64,000 nucleotides of DNA. Origin: an uncultured Acidimicrobiales bacterium. GTDB lineage: Bacteria; Actinomycetota; Acidimicrobiia; Acidimicrobiales; Aldehydirespiratoraceae. The position numbers and the translations under genes are program-made. The stretch spans positions 1,396,277-1,460,276 of the forward strand of contig CATQHS010000001.1 of the NCBI GenBank assembly GCA_958296055.1, given 5' to 3'. The notes beneath the pieces were generated by a model. That model saw only the letters and a list, made by a program, of their open reading frames with translations, had not been told where the DNA came from and did not search any database. The stretch's first letter is position 1. Each line of letters begins with the position of its first letter. Shown piece by piece: positions 8,979-18,417 of the stretch.

Positions 8979-11353
8979 CCGCCCCCGACAACCCGGCCGC
9001 CCCCGGCGACCAAGTGGCCTACCGCCCCGGCGACCCGGCCCCGGCCGGGCTCACCGCGGCCGAGGTGGCCGAGCGGGTCGCCGCCGGGCGGGTCAACTTG
9101 GCCCCGGTCCCGCCGGTGCGGACCGTCGGCCAGATCGTGCGGGCCAACGTCTTTACCCCCGTGAACGCCATTATGGGCACGCTGCTGGCCGCCATCCTGG
9201 CCGCCGGGTTTCCCGGCGACGCCCTGTTCGCCGGGGTGATCGTCTGCAACAGCCTCATCGGCATCGGCCAGGAGCTGCACGCCCGCCGGGTGCTCAACCG
9301 GCTGGTGGTGATGTCAATGCCCCGGGCCCGGGTGGTGCGAGACGGCCGGTCCGAGGAGGTGGCCACCGAGGCGGTGGTGGCCGACGAGATCTGCGAGCTG
9401 AGGCCCGGCGACCAGGTGGTGGTGGACGGCGAGGTGGTGCAGTCGACGGGGCTGGAGATCGACGAGTCGCTGCTCACCGGCGAGAGCGACCCCGTCGAGA
9501 AGGCCCCGGGCGACGCCGTGCTGTCGGGCTCGTTCGTGAGCGCGGGCGCGGGCCACTACCGGGCCACCGCCATCGGGGGCGAGTCCTACGCGGCCCGCCT
9601 CGCCGCCGAGGCCCGGCGGTTCAAGCTGGCCGGCAGCGAGCTGCGCCGGGGCGTGAACGCCATCCTGCGCTGGCTGACGGTGATCATCCCCCCGGCCGCG
9701 GCCCTCCTCGGGTTCCGCCTCCTGGGCACCGAGGATCGCTGGCAGGAGGCGCTGCGGGGGACGGTGGCCGCGGCGGTGGCCATGGTCCCCGACGGCCTGG
9801 TGCTGCTCACCAGCCTGTCGTTCATCACCGGGGTGCTGGCCCTGGCCCGGCGCCGGGCCCTGGCCAAAGAGCTGGCCTCGGTGGAGCTTTTGGCCCGGGT
9901 GGACACGCTGTGCCTGGACAAGACCGGGACCATCACCACCGGCGAGATCTCGCTGGCCGGGGTCGAGCCCCTGGGTTCGGCCACCGAGGCCGAGACGGCC
10001 GCCGCCCTGGGGGCCCTGAGCCGGGCCGACCCGGCTCCCAACGCCACTCTGGCCGCCGTCGCCGCCGCCTTGGAGGCGCCGGAGGGCTGGACGCCGGTCC
10101 GGGTGCAGCCGTTCTCGTCGGCCCGCAAGTGGGCCGCGGCATCCTTCGAGGGCCGGGGCGTCTATCACCTCGGCGCCCCCGACGTGCTGCTCGCCGCCGA
10201 GGACTCCCAGGCCCGGGCCCGGGTGGCGGCCCACGCTGCGGCCGGGGCTCGGGTGCTGGCGGTCACCCGGTCGCCGGAGTGGGGCGGCGACGAGCTGGCC
10301 GGGCCCCGTGAGCCGGTGGGTCTGGTGCTGCTGGCCGACACCGTCCGCGACGACGCCGCCGAGATCCTGGCCTTCTTCCGCGAGCAGGGGGTGGAGCTGA
10401 AGGTGATATCGGGTGACCACCCGGCCACGGTGGGCGCGGTGGCCGAGCGGGTGGGGATCGCCGGCGCCGACCGCTGGGTGGACGCCCGGGAGCTGCCGGA
10501 AGACCCCGAGGACTTGGCCGACGCGGTGGAGCGGGCCTCGGTGTTCGGGCGGGTCACCCCCCACCAGAAGCGGGCCATGGTCCATGCCCTGCAGGCCCGG
10601 GGCCGCACCGTGGCCATGACCGGCGACGGCGTCAACGACGTGCTAGCCCTCAAGGACTCCGACATGGGGATCGCCATGGGCGCGGGGTCGTCGTCCACTA
10701 GGGCGGTGGCCCAGCTAGTGCTGCTCGACAACCGCTTCGCCACCCTGCCCCGGGTGCTGGCCGAGGGCCGCCGGGTCATCAACAACATCGAGCGGGTGGC
10801 CAACCTGTTCATCACCAAGGCCGCCTACGCGGTTCTGCTCACCGCGCTGATCGGGCTGGTCGGCTCGCCCTTCCCCTTCCTGCCCCGCCAGCTCACCCTG
10901 ATCGGCACCTTCTCGATCGGCCTGCCCGGGTTCTTTCTGGCCCTGGCCCCGAACCACCGCGTGAACGAGCCCGGCTTCCTGAAGCGGGTGCTGCGGTTCT
11001 CCCTGCCCGCCGGGGCCGCGGCCGGGATCGCCACCTTCGGGCTCTACGAGACGGTGCGCCGCATCGACGCCGTGGACCTCGGCCAGGCCCGCACCTGCGC
11101 GACCGTGACCCTGCTGGGGGTGGGGCTGGTCATCTTGGTGCTCATCAGCCGGCCGCTGCGGCCGTGGAAGATCGGCCTGGCCGCGGCCATGGCCGGCCTG
11201 TACGCCGCGGTCATGGGCTGGACCCCGCTGCGGGACTACTACCACCTCCACCCGCCCCCGGCGGTGGGCTGGTGGTGCGTGGCCGGCGCCGTGGCCATCG
11301 GCGGGCTCGGCGTCTGGCTCGGACCCCGGCTGGCCGCGGCCCGGAACCGCTGA
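8975..11353 (+). CDS. Cation-transporting P-type ATPase (HAD-IC family)
   Basis: GTG 8975 overlaps the upstream stop (GTGA). Motifs are TGESDPVEK, the phosphorylation site CLDKTGTITTGE, and MTGDGVNDVLALKDSDMGIAMG. There are multiple TM segments. Confidence 0.92.
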   Translation: MTAPDNPAAPGDQVAYRPGDPAPAGLTAAEVAERVAAGRVNLAPVPPVRTVGQIVRANVFTPVNAIMGTLLAAILAAGFPGDALFAGVIVCNSLIGIGQELHARRVLNRLVVMSMPRARVVRDGRSEEVATEAVVADEICELRPGDQVVVDGEVVQSTGLEIDESLLTGESDPVEKAPGDAVLSGSFVSAGAGHYRATAIGGESYAARLAAEARRFKLAGSELRRGVNAILRWLTVIIPPAAALLGFRLLGTEDRWQEALRGTVAAAVAMVPDGLVLLTSLSFITGVLALARRRALAKELASVELLARVDTLCLDKTGTITTGEISLAGVEPLGSATEAETAAALGALSRADPAPNATLAAVAAALEAPEGWTPVRVQPFSSARKWAAASFEGRGVYHLGAPDVLLAAEDSQARARVAAHAAAGARVLAVTRSPEWGGDELAGPREPVGLVLLADTVRDDAAEILAFFREQGVELKVISGDHPATVGAVAERVGIAGADRWVDARELPEDPEDLADAVERASVFGRVTPHQKRAMVHALQARGRTVAMTGDGVNDVLALKDSDMGIAMGAGSSSTRAVAQLVLLDNRFATLPRVLAEGRRVINNIERVANLFITKAAYAVLLTALIGLVGSPFPFLPRQLTLIGTFSIGLPGFFLALAPNHRVNEPGFLKRVLRFSLPAGAAAGIATFGLYETVRRIDAVDLGQARTCATVTLLGVGLVILVLISRPLRPWKIGLAAAMAGLYAAVMGWTPLRDYYHLHPPPAVGWWCVAGAVAIGGLGVWLGPRLAAARNR

Positions 11354-11428
11354 CGCCGCCACTCCGATGGCCGCCCAACCCGACGCCCGGCCCGCCGATG
11401 GCGGACCGAGCCGCTGACCCCGCCTGAG

Positions 11429-12340
11429 ATGGCCACCGTCTGTCTGCTCGCCCGACCCGAACCCGAGCGGCACCGGGGTCGGAGCCGGGGCCGGACTGCG
11501 GCTCAGAGGGTGGCGGACCTGATCGAGGCGGCCGGTCACGACGTGATTGACGTCAGCCACTCAGCGGCTACCGACCCTCAGAGGATGATCGACGTCAGCC
11601 ACTCGGCGGCCGCGGCCCCCCGGGCGCTGGCCGCCGAGGGGGCCGAGCGGCTGGTGGCGGTGGGCGGCGACGGCACCGTGCACCTCGCCCTCCAAGCCGT
11701 CGCGGGCACCTCGGTGGTGCTGGGGATCGTCCCGGCCGGCACCGGCAACGACTTCGCCCGGGCCTTCGGCCTGAAACCAGACGCCGATCTTGCCGCGGCC
11801 GTGGCTCGGGCCTTGGGGCCGCACCGGGAGGTGGACGCCATCTCCACGCCCCGGGGCTGGGTGGCGACGTCGGTCACCGGCGGGTTCAGCGCCGACGTCA
11901 ACCGGCGGGCCGCGGCCATGAGGTTCCCGGCCGGGTCGAGCCGCTACACCGCGGCCACGCTGGCGACATTGCCCCGGCTGAGGACCCGCCCGGTCGCCGT
12001 AACCGCCGACGGCGAGACCCGCCGCTTCGACGCGACGATGGTGGTGGCGGCCAACACCGCCTTCTTCGGGGCCGGGATGGCCATATGCCCCGAAGCCGAC
12101 CCCGGCGACGGCCTGCTCGACGTGCTGGTGGTCGGGGCCGTGGGCCGGGTCGAGTTGCTGCGCCTGTTCCCCAGGGTGTTCAAGGGGACCCATGTCTCGC
12201 ACCCCGAGGTGAGCCAGTCCCGGGGCCGGGTCGTGGAGATCGACGGCGCCGGGATCGAACTGTGGGGCGACGGCGAGCCGCTGGGCCCGGCCCCGCTGAG
12301 GCTGGAGTCCGCGCCCGGCGCCGTCCGGCTGGCCTTCTAG
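11429..12340 (+). CDS. Diacylglycerol kinase family lipid kinase (YegS/BmrU-like)
   Basis: Motifs are VAVGGDGTVH and PAGTGNDFARAFG, with a C-terminal beta-sandwich pattern. Confidence 0.85.
   Translation: MATVCLLARPEPERHRGRSRGRTAAQRVADLIEAAGHDVIDVSHSAATDPQRMIDVSHSAAAAPRALAAEGAERLVAVGGDGTVHLALQAVAGTSVVLGIVPAGTGNDFARAFGLKPDADLAAAVARALGPHREVDAISTPRGWVATSVTGGFSADVNRRAAAMRFPAGSSRYTAATLATLPRLRTRPVAVTADGETRRFDATMVVAANTAFFGAGMAICPEADPGDGLLDVLVVGAVGRVELLRLFPRVFKGTHVSHPEVSQSRGRVVEIDGAGIELWGDGEPLGPAPLRLESAPGAVRLAF
11545..11610 (+). repeat. Diverged 42-bp in-frame tandem duplication inside the lipid kinase gene
   Basis: gattgacgtcagccactcagcggc (11545-11568) recurs as gatcgacgtcagccactcggcggc (11587-11610). 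The peptides are IDVSHSAATDPQRM and IDVSHSAAAAPRAL. Confidence 0.85.
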
Positions 12341-12418
12341 GGGCGGATTCCGGGCACCGGGCGCCCCGATGCGAACGGTTCAGGGGCGGCCGCCCGGAGG
12401 CGGCGACCGCGACGCGAA

Positions 12419-12503
12419 TGGTGGGCCGGGGAGGATTTGAACCTCCGTAGGCAACGCCGACGGGTTTACAGCCCGTTCCCTTTGGCCGCTCGGGCACCGA
12501 CCC
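12419..12503 (-). tRNA. tRNA-Tyr (anticodon GTA), long variable arm, encoded CCA
   Basis: The reverse complement reads GGGTCGGTGCCCGAGCGGCCAAAGGGAACGGGCTGTAAACCCGTCGGCGTTGCCTACGGAGGTTCAAATCCTCCCCGGCCCACCA. The acceptor stem is GGGTCGG/CCGGCCC, the anticodon stem is ACGGG/CCCGT with loop CTGTAAA, and the T arm is GGAGG-TTCAAAT-CCTCC. Confidence 0.93.
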
Positions 12504-12567
12504 TGAGCGGGCAACGCTACCGGGCGCGGGCGGCGATCGGTCACCTCTCGAAGCTAGGGTCGGGGCC

Positions 12568-13056
12568 ATGCCAACCTTCGACGTGGTCAGCGAGATCGAC
12601 CTCCAGGAAGTGCGCAACGCGGTGGATCAGGCCCGGCGCGAGATCAAAACCCGGTTCGACTTCAAGAACACCGGCTCGACTGTCGAACTCGGCGACGGCG
12701 CCATCGCCATGGCCTCGGCCACCCCGGACCGCCTGGCCGCCCTGCGCCAGGTGCTGGAGGAGAAGCTGGTGAGGCGCAAGGTCTCCCTCAAGGCCCTCGA
12801 CTACGGCCGGGTCGAGGACGCGGCCTCCGCCACCGTCCGCCAGACCGCCCGGCTGCAGGCCGGGATCTCGGCTGAGAAGGCCCGGGATCTGAACAAGTTC
12901 GTCAAGGGGCTCGGCCTCAAGGGGGTGCAGTCCGCCACCCAGGGCGACCGGCTGCGGATCCAGTCCAAGAAGCGAGACGACCTGCAGGCGGTGATCGCGG
13001 CGCTGAAGGAGCGGGATTTCGGCATCCCCCTCCAATACGTCAACTTCCGCGACTGA
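12568..13056 (+). CDS. yajQ: YajQ family cyclic-di-GMP/nucleotide-binding protein (UPF0234)
   Basis: MPTFDVVSEIDLQEVRNAVDQARREIKTRFDFK is the canonical YajQ N-terminus. The size is 162 aa. Confidence 0.9.
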   Translation: MPTFDVVSEIDLQEVRNAVDQARREIKTRFDFKNTGSTVELGDGAIAMASATPDRLAALRQVLEEKLVRRKVSLKALDYGRVEDAASATVRQTARLQAGISAEKARDLNKFVKGLGLKGVQSATQGDRLRIQSKKRDDLQAVIAALKERDFGIPLQYVNFRD

Positions 13057-13080
13057 GGGGCCCCTCGGGACTCCGTCGCC

Positions 13081-13932
13081 TTAGGACCAGTCGCGGCCCC
13101 GGAGGCGGCGGACCCGCTCGGTGGTGGGCGGGTGGGTGCTGAACAGCTTGCCCCCGCCCCCGGCCGCCTGGGCCTTGAGCGGGTTGACGATGTAGGCCGA
13201 CGCTTGGTTGGGGTTCACCCCCGACGGCACCCGGCCGGCGTAGGCCTCCAGCCGCTCCAGCGCCCGGGCCAGCGGCTCGCCGGTGCCGATGAGCTTGGCC
13301 GCGGAGGCGTCGGCCTGGAACTCCCGGCTGCGGCTCACCGCGGCCTGGATCAGGGCGGCGGCGATGGGGGCCAGCAGGGCGAAGAGGATCTGCCCGAACG
13401 GGTTGCCCTCCCGGTCGTCGCGCCCGCCCGCGAAGATGGCGGCCCACATGGCCATCTGGGCCGCGAAGGTGATGGCCATGCCGATGGCGGCCGCCACCGA
13501 GCCGATCAGGATGTCGCGGTTGCGGATGTGGGCCAGCTCATGGGCCAGCACCCCTCTGATCTCGCGCCAGTCCATCACCTCGATCAGTCCGGCCGTCACG
13601 CACACCGCCGCGTTCCGGGGATTGCGGCCGGTGGCGAAGGCGTTGGGCTGCGGGTTGGGCGAGACGTAGAGCCGGGGCACGGGCAGGTCGGCCCGCTCGG
13701 CCAACTCGGCCATGATCCGGTGGTACTCGGGGAACTGCTCGGCGGTGACGAGCTGGGCCCGGGCCGAGGCGATGGCCAGCTTGTCGCTGAACCAGTACGA
13801 GCCGCCCGCCAGGGCCAACCCGATCACCAGGCCGATCATCAGGCCGTTCGATCCGCCGAACACACCGCCGGCGGAGATGATTATCCCGCCGAGCGCAGCC
13901 AGCAGGACGAAGGTTTTGGCCGTGTTGACCAT
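13081..13932 (-). CDS. htpX: Zinc metalloprotease HtpX
   Basis: The HExxH motif is [10 protein letters not shown]. The ORF has a four-TM topology, and THPPTTERV lies near the C-terminus. Confidence 0.9.
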   Translation of the reverse strand: MVNTAKTFVLLAALGGIIISAGGVFGGSNGLMIGLVIGLALAGGSYWFSDKLAIASARAQLVTAEQFPEYHRIMAELAERADLPVPRLYVSPNPQPNAFATGRNPRNAAVCVTAGLIEVMDWREIRGVLAHELAHIRNRDILIGSVAAAIGMAITFAAQMAMWAAIFAGGRDDREGNPFGQILFALLAPIAAALIQAAVSRSREFQADASAAKLIGTGEPLARALERLEAYAGRVPSGVNPNQASAYIVNPLKAQAAGGGGKLFSTHPPTTERVRRLRGRDWS

Positions 13933-14001
13933 GGTCTCACCTCCACGGGCCGGGACAGTCGAACGCTACGCGGGCCTGGCCCGAATCGCACGGCCGATCC
14001 A

Positions 14002-14508
14002 TCAGCGTTCGTAGTAGCCGGAGTGCACGTACAGGGCGAGCACGCCCTCGGCCCGGTACATGGCGACGATGCGCTCGTCGTCGTCGATGGCCGCGGCGAT
14101 CTCGTAGCCGGCGGCCCGCAGCCGGCCCAGCTCGTGGCGCTTGAAGCTGGCCGCCGGGCGGCGGTCTTCGGGCGGGCGCAGTATCAGCAGGTCGCAGCGC
14201 ACCCGGTTGGCGGTCAGCCAGTCGAGGGTCGGGGCGGCCAGCCAGGAGGGGCGGGCAGTGAGGATGACCGCGGCGTGGTCGGCGGCCGTGGCCCGGGTCA
14301 GCCCGACCCCGGCCGGTATGGGCGGGTCGTCCACCGCGGCGGCGAAGAAACCCTCCCAGTCCAAGGCGGGGCCTCGCAGGAGCGGCTGGCGGTGCGAAGC
14401 GTCGGAGATCACCCCGTCCAGGTCGAACACGACCGCCGGGCCCGGCACCGGCGCGCCCGGCCGGGGGTGCCAGTTGGCGGGCCGGCGGCGGTCCCGGTGG
14501 CGGTCCAC
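14002..14508 (-). CDS. HAD-superfamily phosphatase-like protein
   Basis: HAD motif I is VVFDLDGVISD. There is also ILTARP and a terminal acidic motif, AAIDDDER. The start codon is uncertain. Confidence 0.55.
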   Translation of the reverse strand: MDRHRDRRRPANWHPRPGAPVPGPAVVFDLDGVISDASHRQPLLRGPALDWEGFFAAAVDDPPIPAGVGLTRATAADHAAVILTARPSWLAAPTLDWLTANRVRCDLLILRPPEDRRPAASFKRHELGRLRAAGYEIAAAIDDDERIVAMYRAEGVLALYVHSGYYER

Positions 14509-14555
14509 GCCGGCCTGTCCCGGTCGGTTGGCGGGCGGGTCGCGGCGGGCCCGGA

Positions 14556-16553
14556 TCAGTCCTCGTCGTCGGCGGCCGCGGCCCGGTCTCGGATCTCGGC
14601 CACCACCCCGGGATCGGCCAGGGTGGTGGTGTCGCCCAGGTCACGGCCGTCGGCCACGTCGCGCAGCAGCCGCCGCATGATCTTGCCCGACCGGGTCTTG
14701 GGCAGGTCGGGGACGATGAAGACGGCCTTGGGCCGGGCGGTGGGGCCGAGCTTGACCCCGACATGGGCGCGGATCTCTTGGCGCAGCTCCTCGGAGGGCT
14801 CCACTTTGCCCACCAGGATCACGTAGCCGACGATGGACTGCCCGGTGATCTCGTCTTTGGCCCCCACCACCGCGGCCTCGGCCACGGCCGAGTGGTCCAC
14901 CAGCGCCGACTCCACCTCGGTGGTGGAGATGCGGTGCCCCGACACGTTCATCACGTCGTCCACCCGGCCCAGCAGCCAGAAGTAGCCGTCGTCGTCCACC
15001 CTGGCCCCGTCGCCGGCGAAGTAGCGGCCCTCGTAGGTGGACCAGTAGGTCTGGCGGTAGCGGTCGGGGTCGCCCCAGATGCCCCGCAGCATCGACGGCC
15101 AGGGCCGGGTGACGGTGAGGTGGCCGCCGCCGCCGGCGCCGACGGGGGCGCCGCCAGCGTCCACCACCTCGGCGAAGATCCCGGGCAGGGGCCGGGTGGC
15201 CGAGCCCGGCTTGGTGACGGTGGCGCCGGGCAGCGGGGAGATCATGTGGCCGCCGGTCTCGGTCTGCCACCAAGTGTCCACCACCGGGCAGCGCTCGCCG
15301 CCAATGTGGCGGTGGTACCACATCCACGCCTCGGGGTTGATGGGCTCCCCCACCGTGCCCAGCACCCGCAGGGTGGACAGGTCGTGGCCGGCGGGCCACT
15401 CCTCGCCCCATTTCATGAAGGTGCGGATGGCGGTGGGGGCGGTGTAGAGCTGGGTCACGCCGTAGCGCTCGACGATGTCCCACAGCCGGTCCTTGGGCCA
15501 TCCGCCCCGGTCATCGCCGCGGAACAGGGGCCGGGGGGTGTCGGGGGTGCCCTCGTACATGACAGAGGTGCAGCCGTTGGCCAGCGGGCCGTAGACGATG
15601 TAGCTGTGGCCGGTCACCCAGCCGATGTCGGCCGCGCACCAGAAGACGTCGGTGTCGGGCCGGAGGTCGAACACGTACTTGTGGGTGAAGCAGACCTGGG
15701 TTAAGTAGCCGCCGGTGGTGTGCATGATGCCCTTGGGCTTGGCCGTGGTCCCCGACGTGTACAGCAGGTACAGGAGCTGCTCGGAGTCCATGGGCTCGGC
15801 CGGGCAGTCGGGGGCCGATTCGGCCATCAGGTCGGCCCACCAAAGGTCTCGGCCGGGGGTCATGGCCGGGTCGGTGCCGCAGCGGTCCACCACTATCACG
15901 TGCTCCACGGTGGGGCCCCCGGCCGCCAGGGCGGAGTCGACGTTGGGCTTGAGCGGCGACGGCGCCCCCCGCCGGTAGCCGGCGTCGGCGGTGATGACCA
16001 GCTTGGCCTCGGCGTCCTCGCAGCGGTCGGTGATGGCGTCGGGCGAGAACCCGCCGAAGATCACCGAGTGGGCCACCCCGATCCGGGCGCAGGCCAGCAT
16101 GGCCACCGGCAGCTCGGGGATCATCGGCATGTATATGGCCGCCCGGTCGCCCCTGCGCAGGCCCAGCTTCAGCAGCGCGTTGGCGAACCGCTGCACGTCG
16201 GCCAGCAGCTCCCGGTAGGTGATGGTTCGGGTGTCGCCCGGCTCGCCCTCCCAGTGGATGGCCACCTTGTCGCCCCGGCCCGCGTTCACATGGCGGTCGA
16301 GGCAGTTGTGGGAGACGTTGAGGGTGCCGCCGACGAACCACTTGGCGAAGGGCAGATCCCACTCCAGGGTGGTGTGGAAGTCGTCGTGCCAGTCGAGGAG
16401 CGCCCGGGCCTGACGGGCCCAGAACGCCTCGAAATCGGCCTCGGCCTCGGTGTACAGCGAGTCGTCGCCAGCCAGGGCAACGGCCGCGAAGTCGGCCAGC
16501 GGCGAGAAGGTGCGGTCCTCGCTCTCGTAGACCTCGATCGACCCTTGGGACAT
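14556..16553 (-). CDS. acs: Acetyl-CoA synthetase (AMP-forming)
   Basis: 665 aa. Motifs are YTSGTTAKPKG, WWQTETGG, GRVDDVMNVSGHR and LPKTRSGKIMRR. Confidence 0.95.
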   Translation of the reverse strand: MSQGSIEVYESEDRTFSPLADFAAVALAGDDSLYTEAEADFEAFWARQARALLDWHDDFHTTLEWDLPFAKWFVGGTLNVSHNCLDRHVNAGRGDKVAIHWEGEPGDTRTITYRELLADVQRFANALLKLGLRRGDRAAIYMPMIPELPVAMLACARIGVAHSVIFGGFSPDAITDRCEDAEAKLVITADAGYRRGAPSPLKPNVDSALAAGGPTVEHVIVVDRCGTDPAMTPGRDLWWADLMAESAPDCPAEPMDSEQLLYLLYTSGTTAKPKGIMHTTGGYLTQVCFTHKYVFDLRPDTDVFWCAADIGWVTGHSYIVYGPLANGCTSVMYEGTPDTPRPLFRGDDRGGWPKDRLWDIVERYGVTQLYTAPTAIRTFMKWGEEWPAGHDLSTLRVLGTVGEPINPEAWMWYHRHIGGERCPVVDTWWQTETGGHMISPLPGATVTKPGSATRPLPGIFAEVVDAGGAPVGAGGGGHLTVTRPWPSMLRGIWGDPDRYRQTYWSTYEGRYFAGDGARVDDDGYFWLLGRVDDVMNVSGHRISTTEVESALVDHSAVAEAAVVGAKDEITGQSIVGYVILVGKVEPSEELRQEIRAHVGVKLGPTARPKAVFIVPDLPKTRSGKIMRRLLRDVADGRDLGDTTTLADPGVVAEIRDRAAAADDED

Positions 16554-16589
16554 GGCGCCTCCCTGATCTGAGTGCGTCGAGACTTTATC

Positions 16590-17756
16590 TCACCGGCGCA
16601 ACACGTACGGCCGCTCGTTCGGCTCCAGTGAGACCCTGGCGCTCGCAGCGTCGAAGCCGCGGCGGTCGAGCTGCTCGCCGTCCTGGGAGACGGTGAAGGA
16701 CTCGCCCACCCAATCGGCCGGCAGGTCGAACAGGATGGTCAGTGGCTGGTCGAATATGGCGTTGTCCAGCCCGTCGGAGACGGTTATCTCGATTCGGTCT
16801 GGGTCGTCGATTTTGTTTTCACCGAAGGTTTCAACTTTGATGGAAGCTTTTTCTCTTTCTCGAGCGTAGAGGGTTATATCGTTCATGGGCGCTGTCCAGA
16901 AATCTCGCCTGGCTACCGACTGGATGTCCTTTTGGAACTCTCCCCAGTCATACCACCCGAATCCCTTGGGGTTACCGATATTATGGTACACTAATATCAC
17001 CCATGCCGTCCGGTTCAGCGCCTCGTCCAAGACGGGCTCCAGTTCGTTGTTGTCGTTCACGCACTCTCGGCAAGGATCGAATGAATCGGTGGAGAACTCG
17101 ATGCTTTGCATCGGGACCGCCATAAGTGCAAACCAGTCATCAGGGGCCTTCGAGTCGCCAGGAATGTTGTAGAAACGATCAGTTTCGTAAGTCTGAAGCC
17201 TGCCGCTCAGAAAGCCCGACGCCTCCAGGGCCCGTTGCGTCTCTTCGTCCTTGCCGGCGTTTCTGGGGTAAGAGTAGGCCACTGGCTTCAGGCCCCAGTC
17301 TTTCATGGTCTCATAGTTGGTTCGAAACGATTCGAGCGCATCGTCATAGGACAGCAAATCGTGGTCAATGTGGTCATGCCCATGACCGAAATAGCCGAAT
17401 CCCTTGGGGACCAACTCTTCAAACAAATAGACAAGCCGGGCATCATTGGCCCCGCTATAGAGGGGCTGACCCCAATAGGTGCTTCCGGTCACCAGCTCAT
17501 AGCCAAGAACGAGGCCCTGTTCTATCATATAATCATTCACATCCGGCTCACCCCATGGAAATAAAGGAATATCATAGGTTATGGACACGGCGGCGGTACG
17601 GTTGTCATGCCACTTGGCCACCGAGGCATTCAACGGACCCGAAGTCGCGGCCGGAGCGTCAGCAACGTCCGGTGAGGCCGATCGGCAGGCTGCGGCCATG
17701 AATACGCACCCCAGGCCCGCAGACAATGCGAACACCATGGCCGCCGTCCTAGACAT
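16590..17756 (-). CDS. Lipoprotein, polysaccharide-deacetylase (NodB)-like
   Basis: The lipobox is VFMAAAC. NodB-like elements are AVSITYD, GHGHDHIDH and AYSYPRNAG. The gene is visibly lower in G+C. Its ATG at 17756 overlaps the 3' end of bioD. Confidence 0.5.
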   Translation of the reverse strand: MSRTAAMVFALSAGLGCVFMAAACRSASPDVADAPAATSGPLNASVAKWHDNRTAAVSITYDIPLFPWGEPDVNDYMIEQGLVLGYELVTGSTYWGQPLYSGANDARLVYLFEELVPKGFGYFGHGHDHIDHDLLSYDDALESFRTNYETMKDWGLKPVAYSYPRNAGKDEETQRALEASGFLSGRLQTYETDRFYNIPGDSKAPDDWFALMAVPMQSIEFSTDSFDPCRECVNDNNELEPVLDEALNRTAWVILVYHNIGNPKGFGWYDWGEFQKDIQSVARRDFWTAPMNDITLYAREREKASIKVETFGENKIDDPDRIEITVSDGLDNAIFDQPLTILFDLPADWVGESFTVSQDGEQLDRRGFDAASARVSLEPNERPYVLRR

Positions 17757-18417
17757 GCTCAGCCAGGTTTTCGAGCGAGGTTACCGCGGTCAGTCCCCGG
17801 ACCTCCGTCAGCCAGTTGAGGTTGAGGGTGTGGACCTCGACGCCGGGGTCGAAGCGGTTTAGGAACACCACCGGCCGGCGGCCGCCCAGACCGGCGGCGC
17901 AGGCGACGACGCCGTGGATGGCACCGAGGCCGGCCGGGGCCACCACCACCACCCGGTCAGGGTCGAGCCGCTCGATCAGGCCCAGGTTGTCGCCGTCGGC
18001 CCCCAGCGGCGAGTAGAGGCCTCCCGCCCCCTCCACGATGCACAAGTCGGCGCCATCCGCGCTCGCCTCTGCACCTCTCCCGCCGGGGCCTCCCGGGTCC
18101 GGGCCGGACCGGCAGATCCGAGCCAGTTCGTCCAGTCCGGGACAGGCCTGGCCCAGTTTTGCGGCGGCCATGGGCGGCGCCAGCGGAACCGGGTAGGTGC
18201 GCTCGGGCGGGCACACGTCGGCAGGGCTCTGACCGGTGGCGGCGGCCAGGACTTCGGCGTCGGTGGGGGCGGTCTCAGCCGGGTCGTGGGACTGGACCGG
18301 CTTGCAGGCTCGAACGGTCCGGCCCCGATCCCGCAGCATCCGGGCCAGGCCAGCCGCGGTCCAGGTCTTGCCGATCTCGGTGCCGGTCCCGGTGAAGAAC
18401 ACAACTCTCTCAGCCAC
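17749..18417 (-). CDS. bioD: Dethiobiotin synthetase
   Basis: The P-loop reads VFFTGTGTEIGKT. I prefer GTG 18417 (VAERVVFFTG..) as the start. An alternative upstream start lies at 18486. Confidence 0.85.
   Translation of the reverse strand: MAERVVFFTGTGTEIGKTWTAAGLARMLRDRGRTVRACKPVQSHDPAETAPTDAEVLAAATGQSPADVCPPERTYPVPLAPPMAAAKLGQACPGLDELARICRSGPDPGGPGGRGAEASADGADLCIVEGAGGLYSPLGADGDNLGLIERLDPDRVVVVAPAGLGAIHGVVACAAGLGGRRPVVFLNRFDPGVEVHTLNLNWLTEVRGLTAVTSLENLAEHV

Noticed and set aside
12341-12567. tRNA-Tyr as a possible integration site for a genomic island.
   Set aside because: There is no integrase, no duplicated tRNA 3' end and no compositional shift on either side. The flanking genes are ordinary (a lipid kinase and yajQ).
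13132-14826. A 564-aa plus-strand ORF. Similar shadow ORFs occur at 28906-30219, 52127-53803, 53903-55588 (5' part), 41590-43815 (5' part) and 26908-28806 (5' part).
   Set aside because: All are alternative-frame or antisense shadows of motif-bearing genes (htpX, HAD, acs, MaoC, the binding protein, the permeases, the enolase/AKR pair and the mutase). Only the in-frame terminal segments with family motifs were kept.
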